Shown here piece after piece: positions 21,932-32,458 of a stretch of DNA of 64,000 nt. This DNA comes from an uncultured Planctomycetaceae bacterium (GTDB lineage: Bacteria > Planctomycetota > Planctomycetia > Pirellulales > PALSA-1355): contig CAWAUV010000007.1 of the NCBI GenBank assembly GCA_963785305.1, positions 1,120,001 through 1,184,000 on the forward strand, given 5' to 3'. Under the pieces are notes generated by a model, which saw only the letters and a program-made list of their open reading frames with translations, had not been told where the DNA came from and did not search any database. The number at the start of each line of letters is the position of its first letter. Position 1 is the first letter of the stretch. The translations under genes and the position numbers were made by a program.

Positions 21932-23009
21932 ATGATGAACCCTTCGCTCGATTCGTCCGCGGTCGAGGCCGCGCTCAAGGATTTTCTCGATCCCGAGACC
22001 GGCGATTCGATCGTCGCCACCGGCCAACTGCGCGAGGCACACGTCGATGGCGCCGGGATTTTCGTCAAGCTCGGGCTCACCACCCATACGCGCATGCATC
22101 TGGCAAGACACCAAGGCCGAACTCGAACAACGGCTCGGCGAGCGATTTCCGGGCGCCGGGGTGACTGTCGAGATCGTCGAGCACCAGCGACCGCCGACGC
22201 CCCTGGGCGAGATCGGGGTCACGGCCAAGAGTGTCATCGCGGTGGGATCGGGCAAGGGCGGCGTGGGCAAGAGCACCATCGCCACGGCGCTGGCCGTGGG
22301 CCTCGCGCGGGCCGGATCGAAAGTCGGTTTACTCGACGCCGATGTCTACGGACCGAGCGTGCCGCATTTATTGGGCGCCATGCGCAAGCCCACGGTCGAG
22401 CAGGGACGCATCCAGCCGATCGAAGTGGCGGGGCTCAAGGCCATGTCGATGGGTTTTCTGGTGCCGGCCGGCGAAGCGGTGGTATGGCGCGGACCGATGC
22501 TGCATGGCGCCATCACCCAACTACTGCGCGACACCGCCTGGGGCAATCTCGATTATCTGTTCATCGACATGCCGCCCGGCACCGGCGATATCGCGCTCAC
22601 GCTTTCGCAATTGTTGCCGCTCACCGGCGCGGTCGTGGTCTGCACTCCGCAAGACGTGGCGCTGCTCGACGCGGTGAAGGCGATCGCCATGTTTCGCAAG
22701 GTGAATATCCCGATCTTGGGCATGGTTGAAAACATGAGCGGGTTCGAGTGTCCCGACTGCGGCAAGCGACACGATATCTTCGGCTCGGGCGGGGCCAAGC
22801 GCCGCGCCGAGGAGCTCGATGTGCCGTTTCTTGGCGATGTGCCGATCAATATGCAGATTCGCCGCCATGGCGACGAGGGCGAGCCGCGGGCCGCGTTCGA
22901 TGACCCCACTTCGGCAAAATATTTGCAGGCGCTGTGTCAGACCCTGGTGCGCAATCTGGCCGCGGCGCGGCGGGCCAAGCAAACGCCGTCGACGTTGCCA
23001 TCGCTCTAA
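21932..23009 (+). CDS. mrp: Mrp/NBP35 (ApbC) Fe-S cluster carrier ATPase, frameshift ~22095
   Basis: N-terminal DFLDPETG domain; GSGKGGVGKST, LDADVYGPS, DMPPGTGD, ENMSGFECPDCG. Confidence 0.93.
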
Positions 23010-23077
23010 AGGACAAGGGCGATTGCCAGGCGCCGCTCAGACGCGGCAAGGGCGCGGCGCGTGCCAGGCGCCGGCGA

Positions 23078-24619
23078 TCAGTCGCCGCCGCTCGTTTCCT
23101 TCAGCCCGAGAAACGCCCACCAGCGGCGCTGGCCGGCCGGGGGTTGATTCGCGGCGTTTGAAGCCGGCTCCGCGGGTTCGGCCGGACGCGCGCTGGCGAG
23201 GCGATCTTCGAGATCGGCCCAAGCGCGAGCCAAGCGTGCCCGTTCGACCGAGATTTCCACTTCCGCGACGCGCGATTTCTGTGTGCATTCTTCCTGCATG
23301 CGTTCGAGCCGTTCGCGCTCGTGGCGAATGAGCTCGTCGGCGTCGAGCATTCCGGCGATCGTCGCCGCTCCGACCGCGACCGAACCCAGGTTGCACGATT
23401 GCTGCGCGAGCACCGACTTCAGCTCCGCGATCTCACGATCTTTCTGGGCGATGACTTCATCCGTGATGCGAATCGTGCCCTCGATCGTGATGCGCGCCGC
23501 CGTCGCCTCTTCGTTCTCGGGTGTTGATTCGAGCGTGCTCAGCAATTGCTGCTTGCGGCTTTCCCAATCGAGCGCCGAACCGCTGGGTTCCGATTCGGAC
23601 TTGGCGTCGATTTGCGACTCGAGATCGGCGTTGCGCTGCTTGTATTGCCGCAGATCGGCGATCGCCATCTCGAAGCGCCGCTGGAGATCGTCGAACTTTT
23701 GACAAAAATCGGCGTGCTCGGCCTCGTATTCCAGCCGCATGCGATCCTCGACCAGCCGCTCTCGCGCGGCAAGCGCGTGCTCCGTGGCCAGAATGTCGTT
23801 GACGCGTCCGTTGGCAAAGGGCGATTCGATTTCGTTTGGTCCGCGATGTTGCTCCGCCGCCGGTTGAATCTCGGCCACGGTCTGGCGTCGCGGGGTGCTC
23901 CGGGCTTCTCTTCGCAGGCTTCGGAGTTCGGCCATGCGGCGGCCGAGCAATTGGCGCAGCCGCTGGCTCTCGCGCGCTCTTCCTCGAGCGCGCCGCGGGC
24001 CGACGTGAGGCTCGCCTGAAGTTGTCCGTGATGGTCTTCGGAAAGACGCTTGAGCTCTTGCTTGCGGCGCACGATCACCTCGCGCTGCGCGGCCCATTCG
24101 GTCTTGAGCTTGCGCGATGCGGCGGCGCTGGAGCTCGGCGGCGGCCCGCGCGCCGGCGAGCTCGGCCCGTTGGTTCGCGAGCTCGGCTCGCTGGGTCGCG
24201 AGTTCGTCGCGGTCGCGTTCGAGTCGCTCGCGGGCACGCGCCAAGTCGTGCTTGTCGTCGGTCAGGATTTGCTCGATACCCGACTGGGTTCGCTCGCTTT
24301 CGCGCAGTTTCGATTCGCGCGATTCGATATCACGCTCGCGCTCGGCGAGGTTCGATTGCTGCTCGGCGAGCATCGCCTCGCGGCGGCCGATATCGGCGGC
24401 AAGCTGTTCGCGGCGAGCTTGGGCTTCAGGAGCATTGTGGTCGTGGGCGGTGGCGAGCAATTCGTCGATTTCGACGGCCAATTGGGCTTCGAGGCGATCG
24501 ATGCGTCGTTGCTGTTCGTCGAGCAGTTCGAGAGCGCGGCGGCGACCGTGGTCGATGGCGCGCGCGAAGGCGTCGCTCCAGTCGGCTTGCGATTCGTCGG
24601 CTGTTTCCGAAATGCTCAT
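23078..24619 (-). CDS. Long coiled-coil hypothetical protein (likely compensating internal frameshifts ~24100 and ~23970)
   Basis: E/R/Q/L/A-rich heptad-like sequence. An alternative frame (KLKTEWAAQREVIVRRKQELKRL) restores coiled-coil character in the middle. Confidence 0.65.
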   Translation of the reverse strand: MSISETADESQADWSDAFARAIDHGRRRALELLDEQQRRIDRLEAQLAVEIDELLATAHDHNAPEAQARREQLAADIGRREAMLAEQQSNLAERERDIESRESKLRESERTQSGIEQILTDDKHDLARARERLERDRDELATQRAELANQRAELAGARAAAELQRRRIAQAQDRMGRAARGDRAPQARAQASFRRPSRTTSGEPHVGPRRARGRARESQRLRQLLGRRMAELRSLRREARSTPRRQTVAEIQPAAEQHRGPNEIESPFANGRVNDILATEHALAARERLVEDRMRLEYEAEHADFCQKFDDLQRRFEMAIADLRQYKQRNADLESQIDAKSESEPSGSALDWESRKQQLLSTLESTPENEEATAARITIEGTIRITDEVIAQKDREIAELKSVLAQQSCNLGSVAVGAATIAGMLDADELIRHERERLERMQEECTQKSRVAEVEISVERARLARAWADLEDRLASARPAEPAEPASNAANQPPAGQRRWWAFLGLKETSGGD

Positions 24620-24824
24620 GCTCGTTCAACTGTATGGGGTTCGCGCGCGGCGAGCGCCGGCAAGAGACGCGCGCGGCGGCCCTAAAGAGCTATACGCCCG
24701 AGACGCGCGGCGGTCAAAAGCCTCGCGCGATTGCACGCCGCGCGCTCGGTGGCGCCGGGAGGCGGATCGCCGAGCAGACCGTTTATGCCGGTTGCGCTGG
24801 GGGGGCGGCGAAGTTCGGCGCGGC

Positions 24825-27800
24825 TCAGTCGGCGGGCGGGGCGGATTTGCGTTTGGGCGCGAATACCCGCCGCGCGGCGAGCGAAGCCGCCAAGCCCAGG
24901 CAAGTGCCCAATAGCAGCGACCACCGCAGGCTGCGAATGCCCATTTGATGCAAGAGCCCGCCCAGCACGAGCCCAAGCGCGAGGCCGATCGAGATCGAGA
25001 GAATCCACTGCACGCGCGAGCTGTCGAACATCGGCTGCTCGGCGACGCCTTGGATGAGTCGAAAGAACAGCGGCGTGAGGAGCAGTCCGAACAGGGTGAC
25101 TCCGATCATGCCGCTGAAGACCGCCGTGCCGAGGGCTTGGCGCATTTCAGCGCCGGCGCCGCGGGCGATCACCAGCGGAACCACGCCCAGGATAAAGGCC
25201 AGCGAGGTCATGGTGATGGGCCGCAACCGCAACCGCGCGGCTTCGAGCGTGGCGGTTTTTAGTTCGTGTCCGGTCGTGCGCAATTGCTTGGCGAATTCGA
25301 CGATCAGAATCGCGTTTTTGCAGGCCAGTCCCACCAGCACCACGAGCCCGATCTGCACGAAGATATTGAGCGCCATGTGGGCAATCGCCAGTCCCACGAT
25401 CGACGAAAGCACGCAGAGCGGCACCACGAGAATCACGGCCAGCGGCAGCGACCAGCTTTCATAGAGCGCCGCCAGCGCAAGAAGACGAACACCACCGACA
25501 TGGCGAACACGGCCAGGGTGGTGTTGCCGGCGATCTTCTGAAAATAGGCCAGATCGGTCCATTCCACGGCCATCGAGCGGGGAAGCGTGACCGCGGCCTG
25601 GTGTTCGATCATCGCTAGGCCCTGACCCGTGCTCAGTCCCGCGATGGCGCCGTTGACCGGCGCGGCGGGATAAAGATTGTAGCGATTCACCATCACGGGC
25701 CCGCTGTAGTCGCGCAGCGTCACGAGCGCGCTGAGCGGAACCATTTGCCCCTGGTTGTTGCGCACCTGGATCAAGTTGATCACCTGGTTGCGATTGCGAA
25801 ACGAGCCATCGGCCATCACATTCACCTGCCAGTAGCGACCGAAGGCATTGAAGCTGTTGACGTAGAGCGAGCCGAGGTAGACGTTGAGCGCCATGTTCAC
25901 ATCGGCGATCGAAATACCCATGGTCGTGATCTTGTCGCGGTCGATGTCCATGAACAATTGACCGGTATTGGCGGAATACTGCGTCATGACGCCGGCCAAG
26001 CCCGGCCGCGCGGCGAGATCGTGAATCAGCCGCTTCGATTGCTTTTCGAGCGCCGCGAGCCCGAGCCCGCCGCGGTCCTCGACCATCAGTTTGAATCCGC
26101 CGGCCAGGCCGATGCCCGGCACCGGCGCCGCGCCGAACAGACTCACGATCGCCTCATGCACGTCGGCGTGGAAGCGGGTCTTGAGTCGGGCCATGATCGC
26201 GTCGGCATAAAGTTCCGGCGCCCGGCGGTCCTCGAATGGCTTGAGAATAATGAACATCGTGCCGAAGTTGGAACTGGTCGACTGGGCGATGAACGAATTG
26301 CCGACCATGAGCACCGTGTGCTCGACGCCCTCGAATTCGCGCGCGATCCGATCGATCTCGAGCATCACGTCGCGCGTGCGCTCGAGCGAGGCGGCGTCGG
26401 GTAGTTGCACATTCACGATCAGCCGGCCTTGATCTTGCTGTGGAATAAAGCCGATCGGCCAACGGACCAGCAAGTAACCGGTCAGCGCGAGCAGGCCGAA
26501 ATAGCCGAAGATCGCCACCGGCGCCGCGCCGAGCAAGCGCGCCACGAGCCAATTATAAACGGCGCTGACCAGGCCAAATGCCTTGTCGAACAGCCAGAAA
26601 TACCAGCCCAGGGCCAGCCGCAGCAGCCCGTCGAGCGGATCGCGGCCCGCGGAGTGGGGCTTGAGCAACATGGCGGCCAGGGCCGGGCTGAGCGTGAGCG
26701 AGTTGAAGGCCGAGATCACGGTCGAGGCCGAGATCGTGACGGCGAACTGCCGAAAGAACTGCCCCGGAATGCCGCTGATGAAGGCGCAGGGCACGAACAC
26801 GGCGCACAACACCAGCGCCACCGCCACGACCGGGCCGGTGACTTCGTCCATGGCTTTGCGCGTGGCGTCGCGGGGGGTGTAGCCCTCCTCGAGCCAGCGT
26901 TCGACATTTTCGACCACCACGATCGCGTCGTCGACCACGATGCCGATGGCGAGCACCAAGCCGAAGAGCGAGATGTTGTTGATCGAGAAGCCGAGGGCCG
27001 CCATCACGGCGAATGTTCCCAAGATCGCCACCGGCACGGCCACGAGCGGAATCACCGCCGCTCGCCAACGCTGCAAGAAGGTGAGCACCACGATCGCCAC
27101 CAGCGCCACGGCCTCGAACAGAGTCTTGACCACATCGGCGATCGATTCGGAAACATAGGGCGTCGTGTCGTAGGCGATGCTGTAGGCCACGCCGCGCGGG
27201 AAACGTGTTTCCAGCTCGCGCATCTTTGGCCTTCACGCCCTCGGCCACGTCGAGTGCGTTGGTGCCCGGCAGTTGAAACACGGCCAAACCGACGCTCGGC
27301 GCGCCATCGAGATAGCAGGACTGGGTGTAGTTCGAGCGCGCCGATTTCTACCCGGGCCACGTCGCGCATTCGCACCATCTCGGTCGCCGCGCCGTCGGCT
27401 CCGCGATTGGTGGCCTTGACGATCACATTGCCGAATTGTTCGGGAGTTCTCGAGCCGGCCGAGCGAATCGTAGGTCACTTGCGTGGCCTGACCGGCGGAG
27501 CTCGGCGGAGGCGAGCCATATTGCCCCGAGGCGGCGGCGAGATTTTGGTTCTTGATTGCCAACACCACTTCGCCCGCCGCGATATTGCGAGCCGAAAGCT
27601 CTTGCGGGTCGAGCCAGTAGCGCAGGCTATAGTCTCGCTGCCCGAGATAGGTGATGTCGCCGATTCCCGGCAGCCGCAGCAGTTCGTCGCGGCAGTTGAT
27701 CGTGACATAGTTGCTGAGGTAAATGTCGTCGTAGCGGCGGTCGGGCGAATGGAAGTTGATGATCAAGAGAATCGCTTGGCCCCGCTTGCGCACCGTGATG

Positions 27801-28177
27801 CCTTGTTGCTGCACATTGGTGGGCAATTGGGGCAGGGCCAGCGTCACCCTGTTTTGCACCATCACCAGGGCGGTATTGAGATCGGTTCCCAGTTCAAAGG
27901 TGACGAGCAGGTTGTAAGTGCCGTCGTTGTTCGATTGCGACGACATATAGAGCATGTTTTCGATGCCGTTGACCTGCTGCTCGATCGGCGCGGCGATCGT
28001 GTCGGCCACCACCTGAGCGCTGGCCCCCGGATACGAGACCGCCACTTGCACGCTGGGCGGCGCGATATCGGGATATTGCGTCACCGGCAGGCTTTTTAGG
28101 GCCAGCAGTCCGGCCAGCGAGATCACCACCGAGAGCACGGTGGCGAAGATCGGGCGATCGATGAAGAAATGCGACAT
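24825..28177 (-). CDS. HAE1-type RND efflux transporter permease, several frameshifts
   Basis: MSHFFIDRPIFATVLS, QYPDIAPP, APIEQQVNG, LAIGIVVDDAIVVVENVER, SLTLSPAL, GLACKNAILIVEFA, RLRPITMTSLAFILGVVPL. Confidence 0.92.
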
Positions 28178-28210
28178 GAAGAGCGCTCGGTCGTTTCGAG
28201 GCCGCGTTTA

Positions 28211-29614
28211 TTAAGGTGAACTGCGCGGGCCGGGCGAACGGCTGCTCGGCGCATCGCTCGATTCGATTCGCGAGGGGCTCGATCCTTCGGGAATACGCGT
28301 GGCCGGAGCGGTTTCGGGACTCGGCGCGCTGCGCGGTCGTTGCGGGGCGGCGTGCTCCGCGCCGGGCGAGGAGGCGGCGCCCATGAACTCGGCCAGCGTG
28401 GTGCGCTCGGGCTTCACGAGCGCATCGCTTTGCGCTTGTTGCACTCCGGCCACGATCACCCATTCGCCGGCCTTCACGCCTTGATCCACGACTCGCAGCC
28501 CGTTGGGTTGGAGGGCGCCCAGGGTCACGCGCCGATACTCGACCTTGTTTTCGCTGTTGACCACATAGACGAATTTATGGTCTTGATCCGTGCCTAGCGA
28601 GCGCTCCGCCACAAGCACCGCTACATGGGGCTGGCCCAAGGGAAGCCGCACGCGCACGAACATGCCCGGCGTGAGCAGGCGCGTGCCATGCTCGGGCCGC
28701 GGATTGGCGAACACGCCGCGGGCTGTGAGGGTTTGAGTGTTCGGATCGACCCGGTTGTTGATAAACGTGAGATTGCCACGGTGGGGAAAGCCTTGCTCGC
28801 CGCTAAGTGCGATAAACATCGGCCGCGTGCCCGACTCGCGCAGCGGCACGAACTTGCCGGCATTGATCTCGCGCTTGATCTTTTCGACCGTGATGCCGTC
28901 GATATCGAAATAGACATAGATCGGATCGAGCGAGACGACGGTCGTGAGCAGGGTTGAATCCTGCGTGACGAGGTTGCCCACGGTGTAGTAGTAGCGGCTC
29001 ACTTGGCCATCGATTTCCGAAGTGATGCGGCAATATTCGACATTGAGCCGATACGTTTCCACGGCCGCGCGCGAGGCCTCGACCTGTGCCCGAGCCTGAT
29101 CCTCGGTGGCTTGATATTGGTCGAGGTCCTGCTGGGTGATGACGCCCGGGCTCTTGGAGAGCGACTTGGCGCGGGCATTGTTGGCGCGGGCGAGTTTGTA
29201 GGCGGCCTCGTTGAGAGCCACTTGGGCCTCGGCCTGCGCGAGCTGGGCTTTGTAGGGGCGGTCGTCGATCTGGAAGAGAAGCTCGCCCCTCTTCACTTCG
29301 TCGCCTTCCTTGAACGGAGTCTTGTCGAGATAGCCGGTGACGCGCGCCCGGACATCGACCGCGTTTTGCGCTTCGATGCGGCCGGTGTAGTCGACGAAAT
29401 CGAGCACCTCGCGCTCGATCGCTTGCGCCACGGTCACGATCGGCGGCTCGACAACCGGCGGCGCGGCGACCCGCTGTTCGCATCCGCCGGGCCCGGCCGC
29501 CACCACGCACGCGGCGCCCGCGAGCCAAAGCGATGCCTGTCCGGAAAAAAATCGCGTTGCACGCGCAAGGAAACAGACAGGGTGAAAGTGGGTCGTGGCG
29601 TCGATCAAGGCCAT
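28211..29614 (-). CDS. RND efflux periplasmic adaptor (membrane fusion protein)
   Basis: YTGRIEA..VDVRARVTGYL, FKEGDEVKRGELLFQID, ITSEIDGQVS, LTPGMFVRV; directly upstream of the permease; start uncertain. Confidence 0.92.
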   Translation of the reverse strand: MALIDATTHFHPVCFLARATRFFSGQASLWLAGAACVVAAGPGGCEQRVAAPPVVEPPIVTVAQAIEREVLDFVDYTGRIEAQNAVDVRARVTGYLDKTPFKEGDEVKRGELLFQIDDRPYKAQLAQAEAQVALNEAAYKLARANNARAKSLSKSPGVITQQDLDQYQATEDQARAQVEASRAAVETYRLNVEYCRITSEIDGQVSRYYYTVGNLVTQDSTLLTTVVSLDPIYVYFDIDGITVEKIKREINAGKFVPLRESGTRPMFIALSGEQGFPHRGNLTFINNRVDPNTQTLTARGVFANPRPEHGTRLLTPGMFVRVRLPLGQPHVAVLVAERSLGTDQDHKFVYVVNSENKVEYRRVTLGALQPNGLRVVDQGVKAGEWVIVAGVQQAQSDALVKPERTTLAEFMGAASSPGAEHAAPQRPRSAPSPETAPATRIPEGSSPSRIESSDAPSSRSPGPRSSP

Positions 29615-30491
29615 GCGCAGCTCGCAGTCGAGGGATCGCGTTCGTCGGGCAAGACCCGAATTCTATCGCGGGCGAGGGCGGCGCTCCAGCGCCTTACCGG
29701 TCGCTTCGAGCACGCGCATCCGAAAGATTGGCGAGGCCGCGGGGAGCGTCGCGCATGCAAGGCGGCACGACGCTCGTCGCTCGGGCGCGAAATTTGGCGC
29801 TGTTTCGTGCCGCGGATAAGGCAATTCCATGCGCAAAAAAACTCCCGGAAAGGCGTTGTCCCAGGGGGGCAAAGGACAACATCCTATCCGGGAGCGATTG
29901 GACGGTGGCTTGCGACCTCGTCGGTCGCGAAGCGTTCGTCATGGGCCTCGAGCTTTCGCCGCGCCGCGGGGAACAGCTTTCCCCGGCTCGGATTCGCGAC
30001 GGGCTCGCGGCCCGCTATATGCGAAGCGTGTTGTCAACGTCCATGTCGACAACCGCGCTTCGTGGTCCGCGGAAGCCTTGGCCCTCGAGAGCCCGACTTC
30101 CTGATGCAGACCCAGCCACGTGGGCAAAGTTGTGTCGTGCGTGCTGGCCTCGCTTGGTGGTTCGCGGTGTCTTGCTCGGTGTCTCGCGACCCCGTTCGTG
30201 ACTTGCGTGGGGCGGAGAATATGGAAATCGGCCATAACGGTCAAGGGCGGTTTTTCACGAGTTTTCCGCCTGTTTTTAAGGGTCCTCGCGGAGATCGCCA
30301 GAAATATTTTCGCGATCGTTCGGGACTCGACCGGCGAATCGCGATTTTGCCGAGTGGCTTGCGAATTCGAGCTGTTCGCGAATCCGGCGGCGGCCCATTA
30401 CACTAAAAGGCCCGCGCCGTGAATCGGCCAGACCCGGCCCGCGACGCATCGAGCAATTGAATCCTCGCCGGCCCGGAGTCGCGAAACATCG

Positions 30492-31013
30492 ATGTCTCAT
30501 CTCTCGCCGCGTCCCATCGTCATCGGCCGCCTTCGCTTGGTCTTCGCATGGCGGGGCGATCGCTTCGGACACGCTTTGCAAATGAGCGGACACGACGCCG
30601 ACGCGCCGGAAACGACATTGCTGGTCAGTGTCGAAGGCTCGCAAGACGAAGCTTGGCCGGCGAGCCCCGTCTTGCAAGAGTTTCACTGGGAGCCGCGGGC
30701 CGGAGGGCAATCGGTCGCGCTGCTCGTCGGTCGCGCCGGGCGAAGCCATTGGTCGCTAAGCGTGTTGTGCGACCCGGCGCGGGAGACATGCCTGTTCGAA
30801 GCCGCTTGCCGCGTGAGCCACGAGCCGGAGCGGCTCGGCAGTTCCTATGCTTATGGCGCCGAAGCCGAGGCCACGGGATCGCTAACGCTGGAGCGCGGCG
30901 ATGGCGGCGTCGTGACGCGCGGCGGCGAGACCTTGTGGCTGCCCGCCCCGGCGGTTGCCGCCGGCGGCGGCTTTCGCACCGTGTGCTGGAGTTATCGCGT
31001 CGGCCTGGTTTGA
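30492..31013 (+). CDS. Hypothetical protein
   Basis: 173-aa ATG ORF with globular composition (SVEGS..WPASPVLQE, LVGRAGRSHWSLS); converges on the LarA-like gene. Confidence 0.6.
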   Translation: MSHLSPRPIVIGRLRLVFAWRGDRFGHALQMSGHDADAPETTLLVSVEGSQDEAWPASPVLQEFHWEPRAGGQSVALLVGRAGRSHWSLSVLCDPARETCLFEAACRVSHEPERLGSSYAYGAEAEATGSLTLERGDGGVVTRGGETLWLPAPAVAAGGGFRTVCWSYRVGLV

Positions 31014-32362
31014 ACCGAGCGGGCGGTCGCGCCATCCTTCACATCGCCGGGCGCGGTGGCCATCGCCATCATTCCGCTCGGAGGCAAGTTACCATGGGCG
31101 TCGAACGGCAGCGGCCGGGGGACACTGAGCACTTCGAGATCTTCGCGAGATTCGGCTTCTTGCAGATATGCGACCCCGCATTCGACCTCGGCCAAATGCA
31201 AGGTGTCGCGAATCCAGAGCAACCGAGCCTCGGGCGGCTCGACCAAACCCACGGTCGCGAGCCCGGCGGTGAGCATGGTTTCATCCGTCGGAAAATCAAA
31301 GGGCGCCATGCCCACGGCGATTCGGCCGCTGGTGAGGCAATTCAGCCGCGTCTTGTGCCAATCGGTTTGCGCCACGAGCCGCGAGGTGCAAAATTCGGCG
31401 ACGCCGATGCCCGTGGCGTTGCCATGCGTGCCTGGCGAAAGGTCGCGCACCGCGATACGCCGCACCTTGGGCCATTCGTCGGCGAGCGCTTCATGCTCGT
31501 TGAATTTCCGGCCCACGACATTCGTGTCCAATCCGGTGCCCGAGATATCCTTGCCGATCCGATCGATGAGCAAGAATTCGACGCGAGGAAACGGCAGCCG
31601 CGGCAAGAGTCGCTTGGCCAAAACGAGCAGTTCTTTCTCGCGCTCGACGAGCTCCTGGGGCCTCATGGCGACAATGCGCGCGGTTTCGTCGTAACCATTT
31701 TCCACGATTCCGAGCCCGGCCACGATGCGGCATTCGGCCATCACCCGCTCGGCCACGCCGCGCACGATCTGGTCGAAATCGTAGTCGTGGATCGCGCGGT
31801 GATAAATCTTGGCGCCGGCGTGGTTGCCCAGGCCAATGAGCATCATTTTCATCAGCCCGCTTTCGATTTCGCCGGCGAAGTCGGTGTGCGGCTTCACCCG
31901 GCCCACGACCAGCACATGATCGGCCTCGAACGCATGGCGATCGAAATATACCGGAAAGCCTTCGGCCGACTGACATACGACGACCGTGTCCATGCTCGAC
32001 CGGATCGGGCAGCCGCATGCTTCGGGAGTGATGCCCAAGCTTGCTAGCACCTGGAGCTGGCCTTCGGCCGTGGCGCCACCGTGGCTGCCCATGGCGGGCA
32101 CGATAAAAGGCGCCCCGCCGAGCGAGCGAAAATGTTCGGCGGCGGCCCGCAAAATTTCGGGGATGTTGGTGATACCGCGGCTGCCAGCGGAGATGGCGAC
32201 CGACTGGCCGGGCCGCACTCGCTCGGCGAGCGCGAGCCGGGCGAGCTCGTTTCGCGTGGCGTGGGCCACGTCGTCGACGCGCGTGGCGTCGAACGATTGT
32301 CGCACTCGAAACATGAGCGGATGCTGTCGCACGGCTGCTAGCTGAGGAAAATAGGAACGCAT
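30992..32362 (-). CDS. LarA-like lactate racemase domain-containing protein
   Basis: AGSRGI, PAMGSHGGATAEGQ, RVKPHTDF, ESGLMKM, GKDISGTGLDTNVVGR, HGNATGIG. Confidence 0.8.
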   Translation of the reverse strand: MRSYFPQLAAVRQHPLMFRVRQSFDATRVDDVAHATRNELARLALAERVRPGQSVAISAGSRGITNIPEILRAAAEHFRSLGGAPFIVPAMGSHGGATAEGQLQVLASLGITPEACGCPIRSSMDTVVVCQSAEGFPVYFDRHAFEADHVLVVGRVKPHTDFAGEIESGLMKMMLIGLGNHAGAKIYHRAIHDYDFDQIVRGVAERVMAECRIVAGLGIVENGYDETARIVAMRPQELVEREKELLVLAKRLLPRLPFPRVEFLLIDRIGKDISGTGLDTNVVGRKFNEHEALADEWPKVRRIAVRDLSPGTHGNATGIGVAEFCTSRLVAQTDWHKTRLNCLTSGRIAVGMAPFDFPTDETMLTAGLATVGLVEPPEARLLWIRDTLHLAEVECGVAYLQEAESREDLEVLSVPRPLPFDAHGNLPPSGMMAMATAPGDVKDGATARSVQTRPTR

Positions 32363-32458
32363 CGTTTCCGATCTGCCGATTAGTTTAATGGACGCGCGTC
32401 ATAAACCCTAGGGGCGGCGCCGTCGATGCGATTGTCAAAAGAGTTCGCAAAGGATGCC

